IMG/VR virus record: IMGVR_UViG_3300046522_000750
Direction: 5' to 3' (one strand)
From: a virus
Taxonomy: Duplodnaviria; Heunggongvirae; Uroviricota; Caudoviricetes
Length of the DNA: 55,224 nt
Shown here piece after piece: positions 1 to 8,830 of this stretch (position 1 is its first letter; the number at the start of each line of letters is the position of its first letter). The position numbers and the translations under genes were made by a program. A model generated the notes under the pieces. That model ran no database searches and was not told where the DNA came from. It was given only the letters and a program-made list of their open reading frames with translations.

Positions 1-1185
1 ATGTCCGTCAGCCCATCTGAATCTAAAGCCGCACCTGAAGACCTGAAAGAACTCGAGCACATTCCGCTCGACCTGCAAGGCTACGTCGACTACACGAACT
101 GGAAAGGCACCAAGCTCAACGTAGTCGGCTCGCCTGACATCCCAGGTTTTACGGGTGATGTGCCGGCCAACTTCAAGTGCGACACGGTGGCACTACTGCC
201 CAACGGCTGGCTTCCGGTGGGTTTCATGCCGGCGAGCGTTCAGATCCTGGCTGACCAGCATTTCATCCGCGACATGCAGCTGAAGTTCGCGCAGGGCCAG
301 GTCATGCCTGAGTATGCCTGCGGCTATCTGGATCTGATCAAGTTCGAGCACAACGCCCTCAACACCTCGCTGTACGCCATGCAATGCTCGAAAACCATAG
401 AGCCTGACCGGGAGTTGATGAAGGGGTCGATCCTGGAGTCGATCAAGATGATTCGTCACTGCCTGCCAGACGCTGAGATCGTGCCTAAGGGCCTTCAGTC
501 GCTGGAGGCGCTCTACACGGTGTCGAACTTCTCCAAAGCCCGCAGCGACAGCGAGATGTTGTTCCTGGCCGATGTGGCGCCCGCCCTCAAAGACCCGATC
601 AAACTGAAGAACCGGATGAAGGTCACCCAGTTTGTCGCCGAGTGGGCGATGATTCACGGCGTCACCCCCACTTCTCTGGTGTTCACCGCGTGCGTGAGCG
701 TGATCTGGTCAAGCGTCGAGTTCAACCCGGCGCGCAACATCCTAAAACCCAAAGCGGGCTACACCACACTCGACGCTGGCCTGACACTGGATGTGCTGCG
801 TGATATCGAGTTGTACATGCTGACCATTGCCGCGTTGGGCACCACCCGCATCGCCTACCTCACCAGAAACCGTGACCTGATTCACTTCTGGCTGGCGCTG
901 TCGCCCAACAACATCAGCCACAACGGCAAGACCCTCAAGTTTGAACTGCGACTGACCGGGGCTCTGTTCCAGGAAATGAAACCTGTGGATTACGCCGAGG
1001 TACAAGGCCTGTTCGTCGCAGCAGCGGCCCGTGAAGTCGACGATGAAATTCAGCGCCTGCCGGCTGAAGAACAACCCACCGTGGCCTTCAAGTTTGACCG
1101 CAAAATCGATACCCGGCTTGAGCAACGTTCGGCCAAGGCCAAGATCATGAATCTTCTCAAACGAACGAAATCGTCCGGGGACTAG
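1..1185 (+). CDS. hypothetical protein, possibly a degenerate PIN-like fold
   Basis: 394-aa ORF with typical GC-rich codon usage; motifs GWLP...LADQH, NPARNILK, YLTRNRDLIHFW; ATG is at position 1, so the 5' end cannot be verified. Confidence 0.75.
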   Translation: MSVSPSESKAAPEDLKELEHIPLDLQGYVDYTNWKGTKLNVVGSPDIPGFTGDVPANFKCDTVALLPNGWLPVGFMPASVQILADQHFIRDMQLKFAQGQVMPEYACGYLDLIKFEHNALNTSLYAMQCSKTIEPDRELMKGSILESIKMIRHCLPDAEIVPKGLQSLEALYTVSNFSKARSDSEMLFLADVAPALKDPIKLKNRMKVTQFVAEWAMIHGVTPTSLVFTACVSVIWSSVEFNPARNILKPKAGYTTLDAGLTLDVLRDIELYMLTIAALGTTRIAYLTRNRDLIHFWLALSPNNISHNGKTLKFELRLTGALFQEMKPVDYAEVQGLFVAAAAREVDDEIQRLPAEEQPTVAFKFDRKIDTRLEQRSAKAKIMNLLKRTKSSGD

Positions 1186-1278
1186 ACACAAGCATGATGA
1201 TGAATTGACTTAATTAGAGATTATGGCTCTAGCTAATTAGTCATAAAGAATCGCTACTTATTGACTAAGCACAGACTG

Positions 1279-1305
1279 CCCATTGATTCTTTATGAATCA
1301 ATGGG
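1279..1305. promoter_or_regulatory. inverted repeat, probable operator upstream of first Arc-Arc-XRE gene
   Basis: CCCATTGATTC-tttat-GAATCAATGGG, perfect 11-bp arms in an AT-rich intergenic region, just downstream of TTGACT at 1261. Confidence 0.55.
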
Positions 1306-1347
1306 TATGTTCAGCCATCAAATACATTCCATGACGGATGATTATCA

Positions 1348-2103
1348 ATGGCTGGTCGTCACCTAATTCCACATTTTTGCGTGCGCATGCCACAGACTTT
1401 GCGCGATCTGCTGGATGATCTGGCGCAAAACAGTGGCCAATCGCTCAACCGCTGGCTGCAAAGCACGCTGGAAAGGCAGTTCAACCCAGGATCGATAGAA
1501 AGCCGTGGCATCCCTGCGGCGAAACTCTCCGCTCGATACGCGCAGCTTTCCCATCCTGAAGCAGGTGAAACGTCGACCTACACCCTGCGCATGGATCTCG
1601 AACTTCGAATCAAGCTCGAAGAAGCCGCCAAGCGTTCCAACCGCAGCCTTAATAAAGAAATCATCAACCGGCTGGTCAGCGCCATTTCGGACGAAGATTT
1701 TCAAAAAATCGTGCTGGTCATCATGCAAAAAAGCGGCATTCAGAACCTGGATGAAATTGTCCTGGAAAATGATCAGGATGAGTCGGCGACCCAATCAGCC
1801 GCGACGAACCATGCCCTCTGCATTCGACTCAAAGCTGAGCGCAAGCGTCTTCGTCGAACCCAGGCTGAGATTGCCGCTGACTGCGGCATCTCAAGAGAGG
1901 TATGGTGCCGATACGAGCGCGGCATCACACTTCCAAGCTCGAAATTGTTGCAAGCCTTTGTTAAGGCAGGCGCAAACCCTGAGTTTTTGTTGACCGGTGA
2001 CGTCTCTCAAACGCGCTTGACCAAGGATGAGCAGCTACTGCTTGATCTTTACCGTAAAAGCCCTGAGGCCATTCAGGCTGCGGCCTTGCGGGTTTTGAAG
2101 TGA
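1348..2103 (+). CDS. transcriptional regulator with two Arc-like ribbon-helix-helix domains and a C-terminal XRE HTH
   Basis: HFCVRMPQTLRDLLDDLAQNSGQSLNRWL and YTLRMDLELRIKLEEAAKRSNRSLNKEIINRL (Arc-like); RLKAERKRLRRTQAEIAADCGISREVWCRYERG (XRE HTH). Confidence 0.85.
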   Translation: MAGRHLIPHFCVRMPQTLRDLLDDLAQNSGQSLNRWLQSTLERQFNPGSIESRGIPAAKLSARYAQLSHPEAGETSTYTLRMDLELRIKLEEAAKRSNRSLNKEIINRLVSAISDEDFQKIVLVIMQKSGIQNLDEIVLENDQDESATQSAATNHALCIRLKAERKRLRRTQAEIAADCGISREVWCRYERGITLPSSKLLQAFVKAGANPEFLLTGDVSQTRLTKDEQLLLDLYRKSPEAIQAAALRVLK

Positions 2104-2246
2104 AGGATAAGCTTAAGGCGCTCACGAGATTGCAGATCTAGCCATGAAATTGAATCATGTGATACATAGATCACATAATTCTTGACTTATACAGAGAATC
2201 AAAGCAACATTAGTCATAGAATTTTTCCCATGAAGGGTCGCTTGAA

Positions 2247-2999
2247 ATGCCTGCGGAATCTCTGCTGAAACCGTTTTCTTTACGCATGCCACAATCATTG
2301 CGTGACCTGCTTGAAAATTTAGCAGATGCAAGCGAGCAATCTCTGAATAGCTGGTTGCAAAGTTGTCTTGAAGCTCAATTCCACCCCGGATCTTCATCGG
2401 CCCTGACAAGCTGGGAAATACCTGTCCGCAACAGTGAAATGATCACCTATCCCTTTCGGATGAGCCTTGAGCTTCGAGGGCTCCTTGAGAAGGCCGCAGC
2501 AACTGCCAACCGTAGTTTGCAGAAAGAAGTTTTGAGTCGGATTCTTTGCGCTTTGTCTGTTGCTCAATTTCAGAAAGTAGCTGGATTGGTTTTGCCTGGA
2601 GGCCCTGTCAGGGTTATCAGCTTGACTCAGCTGGCAGTTGTTAAAGACGCATTAGTGCCTAAAAAAACTATCCCTGAACCGAACAATACGGGGCCTGGGC
2701 TTAATGTTCGTCTGAAGGCAGAGCGCAGGCTTCTCGCAAAGACTCAAGAACAAATTGCAGCTGCGTGTGGCGTATCCAGAGAAGTTTGGAACCGGTATGA
2801 GGCTGGCAGCGCTGTACCAGGTGCCAAAATACTTGAGGCCTTTGTCGGTGAGGGCGCTAACGCTCAATACCTGCTGTCCGGAATACGTGATGAGTTGATC
2901 TTGTCTGATAAGGAAATGCTGCTGGTTAAACGCTTCAGACTGTCCGAACCATCGGTATGCGCAGCAGCACTGAGAATGCTCGACACCGACCGAGACTAA
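2247..2999 (+). CDS. paralog of 1348-2103, Arc-Arc-XRE regulator
   Basis: PFSLRMPQSLRDLLENLA, YPFRMSLELRGLLEKAAATANRSLQKEVLSRI, RLKAERRLLAKTQEQIAAACGVSREVWNRYEAG. Confidence 0.85.
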   Translation: MPAESLLKPFSLRMPQSLRDLLENLADASEQSLNSWLQSCLEAQFHPGSSSALTSWEIPVRNSEMITYPFRMSLELRGLLEKAAATANRSLQKEVLSRILCALSVAQFQKVAGLVLPGGPVRVISLTQLAVVKDALVPKKTIPEPNNTGPGLNVRLKAERRLLAKTQEQIAAACGVSREVWNRYEAGSAVPGAKILEAFVGEGANAQYLLSGIRDELILSDKEMLLVKRFRLSEPSVCAAALRMLDTDRD

Positions 3000-3021
3000 C
3001 CGAAATAGAAAGGACTCCATT

Positions 3022-3222
3022 ATGGATAACACACGCAAGATTGAACAAATCGCCGCCATCAATCAGGTAATGGAAGGTGACGACACCAAGGAGAATTATC
3101 TTGTGGTCGTCGCCCGGTGCAACGACGGCACCGTTTGGACAATCTCCCCCAATGAGTATCACTCTTCCTGGCACCAGCTTCCAGACATCCCACAGCCAGA
3201 TCCGAACGGAGATAAGTCTTGA
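3022..3222 (+). CDS. small hypothetical (phage-like) protein
   Basis: 66 aa, AAGGA RBS upstream, GTGA overlap with next ORF. Confidence 0.65.
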   Translation: MDNTRKIEQIAAINQVMEGDDTKENYLVVVARCNDGTVWTISPNEYHSSWHQLPDIPQPDPNGDKS

Positions 3223-3626
3223 GTGCTCATCTGAATTTCTGGAAGCCCTCCCAGGAGCAGTGCAACATCATCAAGGCTGCGGCGGCGGTGGAGTGCGGCA
3301 TCAAGGCCAACCAGATACGGCTTGAGCCTGGCATGCGCTTGAACAGGCAGAATCATGAGATTCAGTCTTGCATCAACATTGCCATCGTGACGCGCCTTAC
3401 CGATGGTTCGTGGGAAGATACAGATCTCGATGATCGGGTGGGCTGGAATACCTTTAAGAGTGGCGTTCCGTTGACCGAGGATGGTCGGGCCATCGTGGAC
3501 TTCTACATCCATCGTTATGGCTATGCCAACGACGAGCTGCTTGGCAACGTCGTGGCGTTCTTCGAGAACGGCCAGCTGAGCCAGATCCGTGGCTACGGCG
3601 CTACCGCCCAACACGATATCAAGTAA
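3219..3626 (+). CDS. hypothetical protein
   Basis: 135 aa, coupled to upstream ORF. Confidence 0.7.
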   Translation: MSAHLNFWKPSQEQCNIIKAAAAVECGIKANQIRLEPGMRLNRQNHEIQSCINIAIVTRLTDGSWEDTDLDDRVGWNTFKSGVPLTEDGRAIVDFYIHRYGYANDELLGNVVAFFENGQLSQIRGYGATAQHDIK

Positions 3627-3687
3627 CCATGCGCACAGGGCCCACCTTGAAGCGTGGCCCTGCTTACAATTGAATGGAAATAAGCCG

Positions 3688-3891
3688 ATGCCGGATTTCA
3701 AGGTAATCACCGCACCCATGGACAGCCAGGCGCCAGCGCCTGAAAGTGCCGATCTCTCTGTACAGCCACGCCTCGACATCGATGAAGAACTGATCAAGGC
3801 CAGGGAGCTGTTGCAGGAAGTGCTCCTCGACAGCGGGTTCCGAAACCTGTTCGAGCCGCTGCAAGACAAGATCATCGACTTCGTAAACTAG
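3688..3891 (+). CDS. small hypothetical protein
   Basis: MPDFKVIT...; start chosen at ATG 3688. Confidence 0.55.
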   Translation: MPDFKVITAPMDSQAPAPESADLSVQPRLDIDEELIKARELLQEVLLDSGFRNLFEPLQDKIIDFVN

Positions 3892-3924
3892 GCGGCCCCG
3901 GAACTGCCCCATGGAGGGACACCC

Positions 3925-4320
3925 ATGACCGAGTTACCCGAAATCACCGATGAAATGTGGTGGAAGATGTGCGACGTCAATATGTGTCGCCCAGTTCCGC
4001 TGGCTGAGGCCGACCTGACCAAGCCTTTCATCTACGAGCGCTCATGGGGCGTGTCGTATGTACCGGGCGGCTACCACCAGGGCGCCATGTCGCTGTTGCT
4101 GGCCTTCCAGCATGGCCTGAGAAACGGTATCGCCGTCTCTGAGAAACTGCAGCTTCGTTACTCGGAAGGTACGGCGGACTACTGGCTGGAGCACTCTCCC
4201 GGCGCGGCCTTTCTGTCCTCGGTGGGCAAGAATATCCAGGTCGGCAACATCAAAGGACTGACCATCCAGGAAAGGCGCAAGTTTGGCGAGCACGGCGAAA
4301 TCGGCTGCCCGTTAGATTAA
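3925..4320 (+). CDS. hypothetical protein
   Basis: 131 aa, GGAGGG RBS. Confidence 0.7.
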   Translation: MTELPEITDEMWWKMCDVNMCRPVPLAEADLTKPFIYERSWGVSYVPGGYHQGAMSLLLAFQHGLRNGIAVSEKLQLRYSEGTADYWLEHSPGAAFLSSVGKNIQVGNIKGLTIQERRKFGEHGEIGCPLD

Positions 4321-4403
4321 TACCAGTGCGAAACCAAAAAAGGTTCAACCAGTGATATGGTCGAGGCAAGTCTACAAACACCGGCCTTAAAAGGAAAAAC
4401 ACC

Positions 4404-4895
4404 ATGGAACGCCTGAAAGGTTTTTACCAGGTCAAAAGAGACGGTAAGTGGTCAATCGCCGAATACATCCCTGCCGGATCTGACTGCCTGGATTGTCCTT
4501 CCGGCTTTTGGAAATGGGATGGCTGCCACGTAGGGTACGAAGGCTTTGAAGTGATCAGCGATGTTCGCATCTCACTTCCTGACGATCCTCAGGAACTCCA
4601 TGTCGCAACCCAGGCGATGGAGACAGTGCAGAACCTTGCCATCGCTGAGACGGCTAGAGAGGGCGAATTCATCCAACGTGAGTTCCGGTTCACCGACACG
4701 CAGATGCTCGATTATATGGAGCGCCACCAGACGCTCCACAAGCAGGTCGAAATCACCTATGTTGTTGATGGCTACTGGGCGCAAGTCACCTGGGATGAAG
4801 TACCACTGTCCCCGACGTACAAAGCCGAAACCTATCGAGGTGCGCTCGATGCCTTGATGCAGGGTGGTGACGTGTTCACCCCCAGCGGTCGCTGA
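4404..4895 (+). CDS. hypothetical protein
   Basis: 163 aa, AAGGA RBS. Confidence 0.7.
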   Translation: MERLKGFYQVKRDGKWSIAEYIPAGSDCLDCPSGFWKWDGCHVGYEGFEVISDVRISLPDDPQELHVATQAMETVQNLAIAETAREGEFIQREFRFTDTQMLDYMERHQTLHKQVEITYVVDGYWAQVTWDEVPLSPTYKAETYRGALDALMQGGDVFTPSGR

Positions 4896-4964
4896 GCTGT
4901 GAATAGGGCTTCCCTAAACGGCTAGCCCTGCCCTGCCCCAACTTTCTGATATAGCTCTACTCGA

Positions 4965-5936
4965 CTACAACCATCCAGACTTCTTAAAGCTCGCCCACAG
5001 GCCTACGCATCCGGTCGCAATGAAACCCAGGGCCGCAAAATAGCCGTAGTGCCAACTCAGCTCCGGCATGTTCTGAAAGTTCATGCCGTAGATCCATGCG
5101 ACCGCCGTAGGGAATGCAACTATCGCCGCCCACGACGCCAATTTGCGCTGCACCACACTTTGCCGTGACGCCTCCAGCAACACGCCGACTTCGATAGTTT
5201 GGCTGGCAATTTCGGACAACGATGTCAGGTCTTCAAGCTGACGGGTAACGTGAATCTGCACGTCACGAAAGTACGGGCGCATGGTTTTGTCGATGAAGGG
5301 AAAGTCCAGGTTTTGCAGCTCCTCGCTGATCTCCGTCATCGGCGCCACGTATCGACGCAGACGCAACACATCCCTGCGCAAGCAATGCAGTCTCTGGATA
5401 TCCTGCTCATTCAGCTCAGTGGCCAGGATGCTGCGTTCCAGCTCATCGATCTCGGCATGGATCGCCTCGCCCACCGGCTGGTAACTTTCAATCACGAAGT
5501 TCAGCAACGCATAGAGGACAAAATCCTCACCGTGCTCAAGCAGCAACGGACGCGCCTCGCAGCGCTGGCGCACATGGGCATAGGAGGCTGAGTGGCCGTT
5601 ACGGGCAGTGATGATGTAACCGTTACCGGCAAAGATATTCGTCTCGATGAACTCAAGCGTGCCTTCATGGCGAATCGGCGAGTAAGTCACGATAAACAGG
5701 GCATCGCCGAACGTTTCAAGCTTTGGTCGGCTGTGAACTTCCAAGGCATCCTGAATCGCCAGTTCGTGCAGGTTGAACTGGCTTTGCAGATCGGCTAACT
5801 CTTGGTTGTCGGGCTCCTCAAGACCAATCCATACAAAGTGGCCGGGCTTTGCGGCCCAGGCAGCGCCTTCGTCGAGCGTGATATTGGTGACTTTCTTACC
5901 GGCGTTGTAGACCGCAGCAGCAACAACTCGACCCAT
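4965..5936 (-). CDS. corA: CorA-family magnesium/cobalt transporter
   Basis: YGMNFQNMPEL (GMN signature), two C-terminal TM helices, N-terminal WIGL...FNLHELAI...SRPKLE typical of Pseudomonas CorA. Confidence 0.95.
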   Translation of the reverse strand: MGRVVAAAVYNAGKKVTNITLDEGAAWAAKPGHFVWIGLEEPDNQELADLQSQFNLHELAIQDALEVHSRPKLETFGDALFIVTYSPIRHEGTLEFIETNIFAGNGYIITARNGHSASYAHVRQRCEARPLLLEHGEDFVLYALLNFVIESYQPVGEAIHAEIDELERSILATELNEQDIQRLHCLRRDVLRLRRYVAPMTEISEELQNLDFPFIDKTMRPYFRDVQIHVTRQLEDLTSLSEIASQTIEVGVLLEASRQSVVQRKLASWAAIVAFPTAVAWIYGMNFQNMPELSWHYGYFAALGFIATGCVGLWASFKKSGWL

Positions 5937-6029
5937 GATGGTGGTTCACTTATTTTTGGCAATTTATGGGTTATTATCGACATCCTGAGCCTGCTTACCA
6001 GGCTATGTCGGCTGATTGAGAGGCACATC

Positions 6030-6440
6030 ATGCACATTGCTGTCCGAGAAGAACTGGTTCGTCAGCTTTCAAGCTTAAGACTGGCGGCGTCCGAGCTTGA
6101 GCAATACTTGGGTCAGCCTGATCAAGAAATCAATCAGGGGATTTTTTACGACTGGGTGGATAAAATTGAGCATTCATGCGTGCAATACCTACACCTGACG
6201 CCCGTGTTGCGCGAAGACATGGTGCTGGACATTGAGTGCAGCTTCTCCCGGCAGATTAAAGTACTTGAGATAGCAATTGCATCTGATGAACGCAACGCCA
6301 TCCTGCACACAGCAAGAGGCAACTCTAACAGAGCAAAGAACGCAAAGGACAGCGCCAGACGGATTCGGGACGCAATGAACGACATGATCGTTAGAGATCG
6401 CAGATCCAAAATGAAGCTGATCACACAGTCGAGAGATTAA
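6030..6440 (+). CDS. hypothetical helical protein
   Basis: start moved to MHIAVREEL after GAGG RBS; the longer ORF-track version overlaps corA. Confidence 0.7.
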   Translation: MHIAVREELVRQLSSLRLAASELEQYLGQPDQEINQGIFYDWVDKIEHSCVQYLHLTPVLREDMVLDIECSFSRQIKVLEIAIASDERNAILHTARGNSNRAKNAKDSARRIRDAMNDMIVRDRRSKMKLITQSRD

Positions 6441-6467
6441 GGACAAACTCAGGATAGGCAATCCGTG

Positions 6468-6501
6468 CACACCGGGGATGTTTTACGCACGCTCCGGTGT
6501 G
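6468..6501. repeat. hairpin copy 1 of a repeated structured element
   Basis: CACACCGG-GGATGTTTTACGCACGCT-CCGGTGTG. Confidence 0.7.
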
Positions 6502-6563
6502 ATCAAGCCAGAGTCGGATGTACAATCGTCCCACTTCCGTACCTTCAGATCACAAGACAGCCC

Positions 6564-6905
6564 ATGAATACTGACGACCAAGACAAGCTCAACCGCCAGC
6601 TAGACAGCCTGAAGGTGGCGGGACATCTGGTTCAGGGCTGGGTCGCCAAACTGGGTGAGACGCACCAAGAAGAAAACTATGGCCGTACGTTGGCGTACCT
6701 TGAACTCCAGCTGGAAAAAACCAAAGCCATGGTGAAGGAGCATCGAGAAAAGCTAATGACTTCCGTAGCGCCTCGAGACAGTCAACCTGTGGAATTTGTT
6801 CAGGCTGCCGGGGATGAGTCAACCCGCCGAGAACATCTTCCCGCATCACTGGGTAAAGTCGTTGACTTCAAGGATCGCCGGCCAGCCTTGAAAGTGATCA
6901 AGTAG
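6564..6905 (+). CDS. hypothetical coiled-coil protein ending in an SspB XB-like tail
   Basis: 113 aa from MNTDDQDK; C-terminus DRRPALKVIK. Confidence 0.7.
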   Translation: MNTDDQDKLNRQLDSLKVAGHLVQGWVAKLGETHQEENYGRTLAYLELQLEKTKAMVKEHREKLMTSVAPRDSQPVEFVQAAGDESTRREHLPASLGKVVDFKDRRPALKVIK

Positions 6906-6999
6906 CGCGCAAAACCCATTCGTTCACCTCGCTGGCGCACTCATTCATAAAATTAGAACCCCCGAATCTTGCGAAACGGGGGCGTGTGCACACTACCGC

Positions 7000-7031
7000 A
7001 CTTCGGGGATGTTTTAACGCACTCTCCGAGT
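7000..7031. repeat. hairpin copy 2 of a repeated structured element
   Basis: ACTTCGG-GGATGTTTTAACGCACTCT-CCGAGT; same core as 6473-6496. Confidence 0.7.
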
Positions 7032-7102
7032 AGATCTATCGATCTACCAGCTATCAGTCTAGATCAGGCCTCTCAGCCAGCCATGACTGTTCGTCAGATG
7101 GA

Positions 7103-7669
7103 TCAGGAATCCGCCCGCAGCTTCTTCTTCGTCACCCCGTTATCCGTCAGCACCGCCTTGGCTACATGAGTGAGAAAGTTGACAGTGTGCGTACCGTCCT
7201 TGCGAAAATCAGCCGCACCCATTTCCCGCAGCAGGCGAAGTTTGCGGCTAATGGTTTCAGGAGTGCTGTTGGTGAGCCTGGCCAGGTCAACACCGGTCAT
7301 GTCCTTGGCCAGCAAGTGCTTCAAGATGTCACGGTATTTTCGTTGCAACAGGGTGGGAACAAACGTGTCATCGGCGCGCCGGCTAAACATCGAGCTGATT
7401 ACGCTTTGCGCCAACGACAACTGGCCCATGACATAGGCCTGACGCAGCTCTGGCGAGGCATTCTCCATACCAATAATCGCGCTGCGTACCTCAGGCGATA
7501 CCGCTCGTAACTGATCGTGAACGACCTTTACCAAAAACTGCGAGAACGCCCCAAGGTCTGATTTTGTGCCGCCTTCGCAATCCTGGATCATCTGAGAAAG
7601 GATGCTGAAGTAACTCGACTCCAACTGCTCCATCGGCTTGTCGATGCGTAGATAATCGAAGATTTCCAT
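7103..7669 (-). CDS. protein with C-terminal winged HTH (ArsR/MarR-like) regulator domain
   Basis: MTGVDLARLTNSTPETISRKLRLLREMGAADFRKDG; AGGAGG RBS before MEIFDY. Confidence 0.75.
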   Translation of the reverse strand: MEIFDYLRIDKPMEQLESSYFSILSQMIQDCEGGTKSDLGAFSQFLVKVVHDQLRAVSPEVRSAIIGMENASPELRQAYVMGQLSLAQSVISSMFSRRADDTFVPTLLQRKYRDILKHLLAKDMTGVDLARLTNSTPETISRKLRLLREMGAADFRKDGTHTVNFLTHVAKAVLTDNGVTKKKLRADS

Positions 7670-7742
7670 GGGTGCCTCCTGCGGGTTTTGGTCAAGCATA
7701 CATCATTGACGCATACTTGACCATTTATACCCTGCTGGTCAG

Positions 7743-8324
7743 CTATTGCGGGGTTTTCGCGGAGAGGTTTCGCAGATCTTCAAGATGATGCTGTTCTTTG
7801 ATTTCGTCTTGCACCTTCTGATCAGCCAAACGATTTACCTCTATGCCTTGGGCTTCGAGAAAATTGACTGCATCATCCAGTTTCTGGAGGTTCAGACGCT
7901 TTTCTTCGAGTTCTTTTGCGTCCAGAGCATCCAGCGATTTTTGAATCTTTTCGTCTGCCTCTCGAACGTCTTGCCGACCCTGAGTGTTGCTGCAATGTAG
8001 CGTGCCAAGGACGCTTTGGCAGACATTATCCGAATAGGTTAGCCAGGTCATTGTGCAGGACATTCCTGCTGTGTTGGTGCTCGTGTCGGTATGAATGAAT
8101 GGGGAAGCATACTCTTTGCTCGCCGCCTTTACGGAGACGCCCACCACTTGAGGATCAATGGAAAACACCGCGCCCATCAGGCCGGCAGACAACTGCTTAA
8201 CACTCAGGCATTCCGGGCTGAGCGTTGCGCCTGAGCTCTGCGCAACCGTCGCGTTGGCGGGATAGGTTAGCGGAATTGCAATGGCCAATGAGGCTATTAA
8301 AAAAGCAATTTTCAACATGTGCAA
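7743..8324 (-). CDS. putative exported protein
   Basis: N-terminal signal-like peptide MLKIAFLIASLAIAIPLTYPANA; four Cys; coiled-coil C-terminus. Confidence 0.7.
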   Translation of the reverse strand: MHMLKIAFLIASLAIAIPLTYPANATVAQSSGATLSPECLSVKQLSAGLMGAVFSIDPQVVGVSVKAASKEYASPFIHTDTSTNTAGMSCTMTWLTYSDNVCQSVLGTLHCSNTQGRQDVREADEKIQKSLDALDAKELEEKRLNLQKLDDAVNFLEAQGIEVNRLADQKVQDEIKEQHHLEDLRNLSAKTPQ

Positions 8325-8358
8325 TATCTCAATATATAGTTGTTCGCAGCGGCCTGAG

Positions 8359-8793
8359 TTACGGATGAGTCATTGTTGTCGTGGATTGAGCCTGGGCGGC
8401 GTCAAAACCCTCTCGGAAACTCTCAAGGGACTTGCGCAGGATCTCTTTCCTTTGGCGATCTTCCTCTCTTTGCTGCGCCGTGCTGCAACTCAGATAACTC
8501 AACTCACTGAAACAGCCCATGACTGGGGTTTCCCACTCCATATCACAGACCATGTCGCCGTACTTGGTAACCACCTTGCTCGTAATCACACGCGAATCGG
8601 GAAACTTGGAGACGGAGGAGAAGCTCACATCGATGGCGGCAGTTTTCCCGAAGTCGAAGGCGTTAGACATGGTCATGATCGACATTCGCTTCACGGTTGG
8701 GCACTGGATAAAGTCATCGACAGTTTCTTTATTGACCGCCATTGCCGGCAGCGTCAGCATCAGGGTGCTCAGCAGCAATACATGCTTAATCAT
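8359..8793 (-). CDS. putative exported protein
   Basis: signal peptide MIKHVLLLSTLMLTLPAMA; four Cys. Confidence 0.75.
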   Translation of the reverse strand: MIKHVLLLSTLMLTLPAMAVNKETVDDFIQCPTVKRMSIMTMSNAFDFGKTAAIDVSFSSVSKFPDSRVITSKVVTKYGDMVCDMEWETPVMGCFSELSYLSCSTAQQREEDRQRKEILRKSLESFREGFDAAQAQSTTTMTHP

Positions 8794-8830
8794 TGGATAT
8801 TCCAGCCTTTATTTATAAAAATACGGTGCA

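Noticed and set aside
2157-2176. TGTGA...TCACA as a CRP/Vfr site
   Set aside because: Spacer is 8 nt (TGTGA-tacataga-TCACA), not the canonical 6; kept only as a generic inverted repeat
6959-7047. Retron msr-msd or tRNA-like structure
   Set aside because: No reverse transcriptase in the window and no cloverleaf/T-loop consensus
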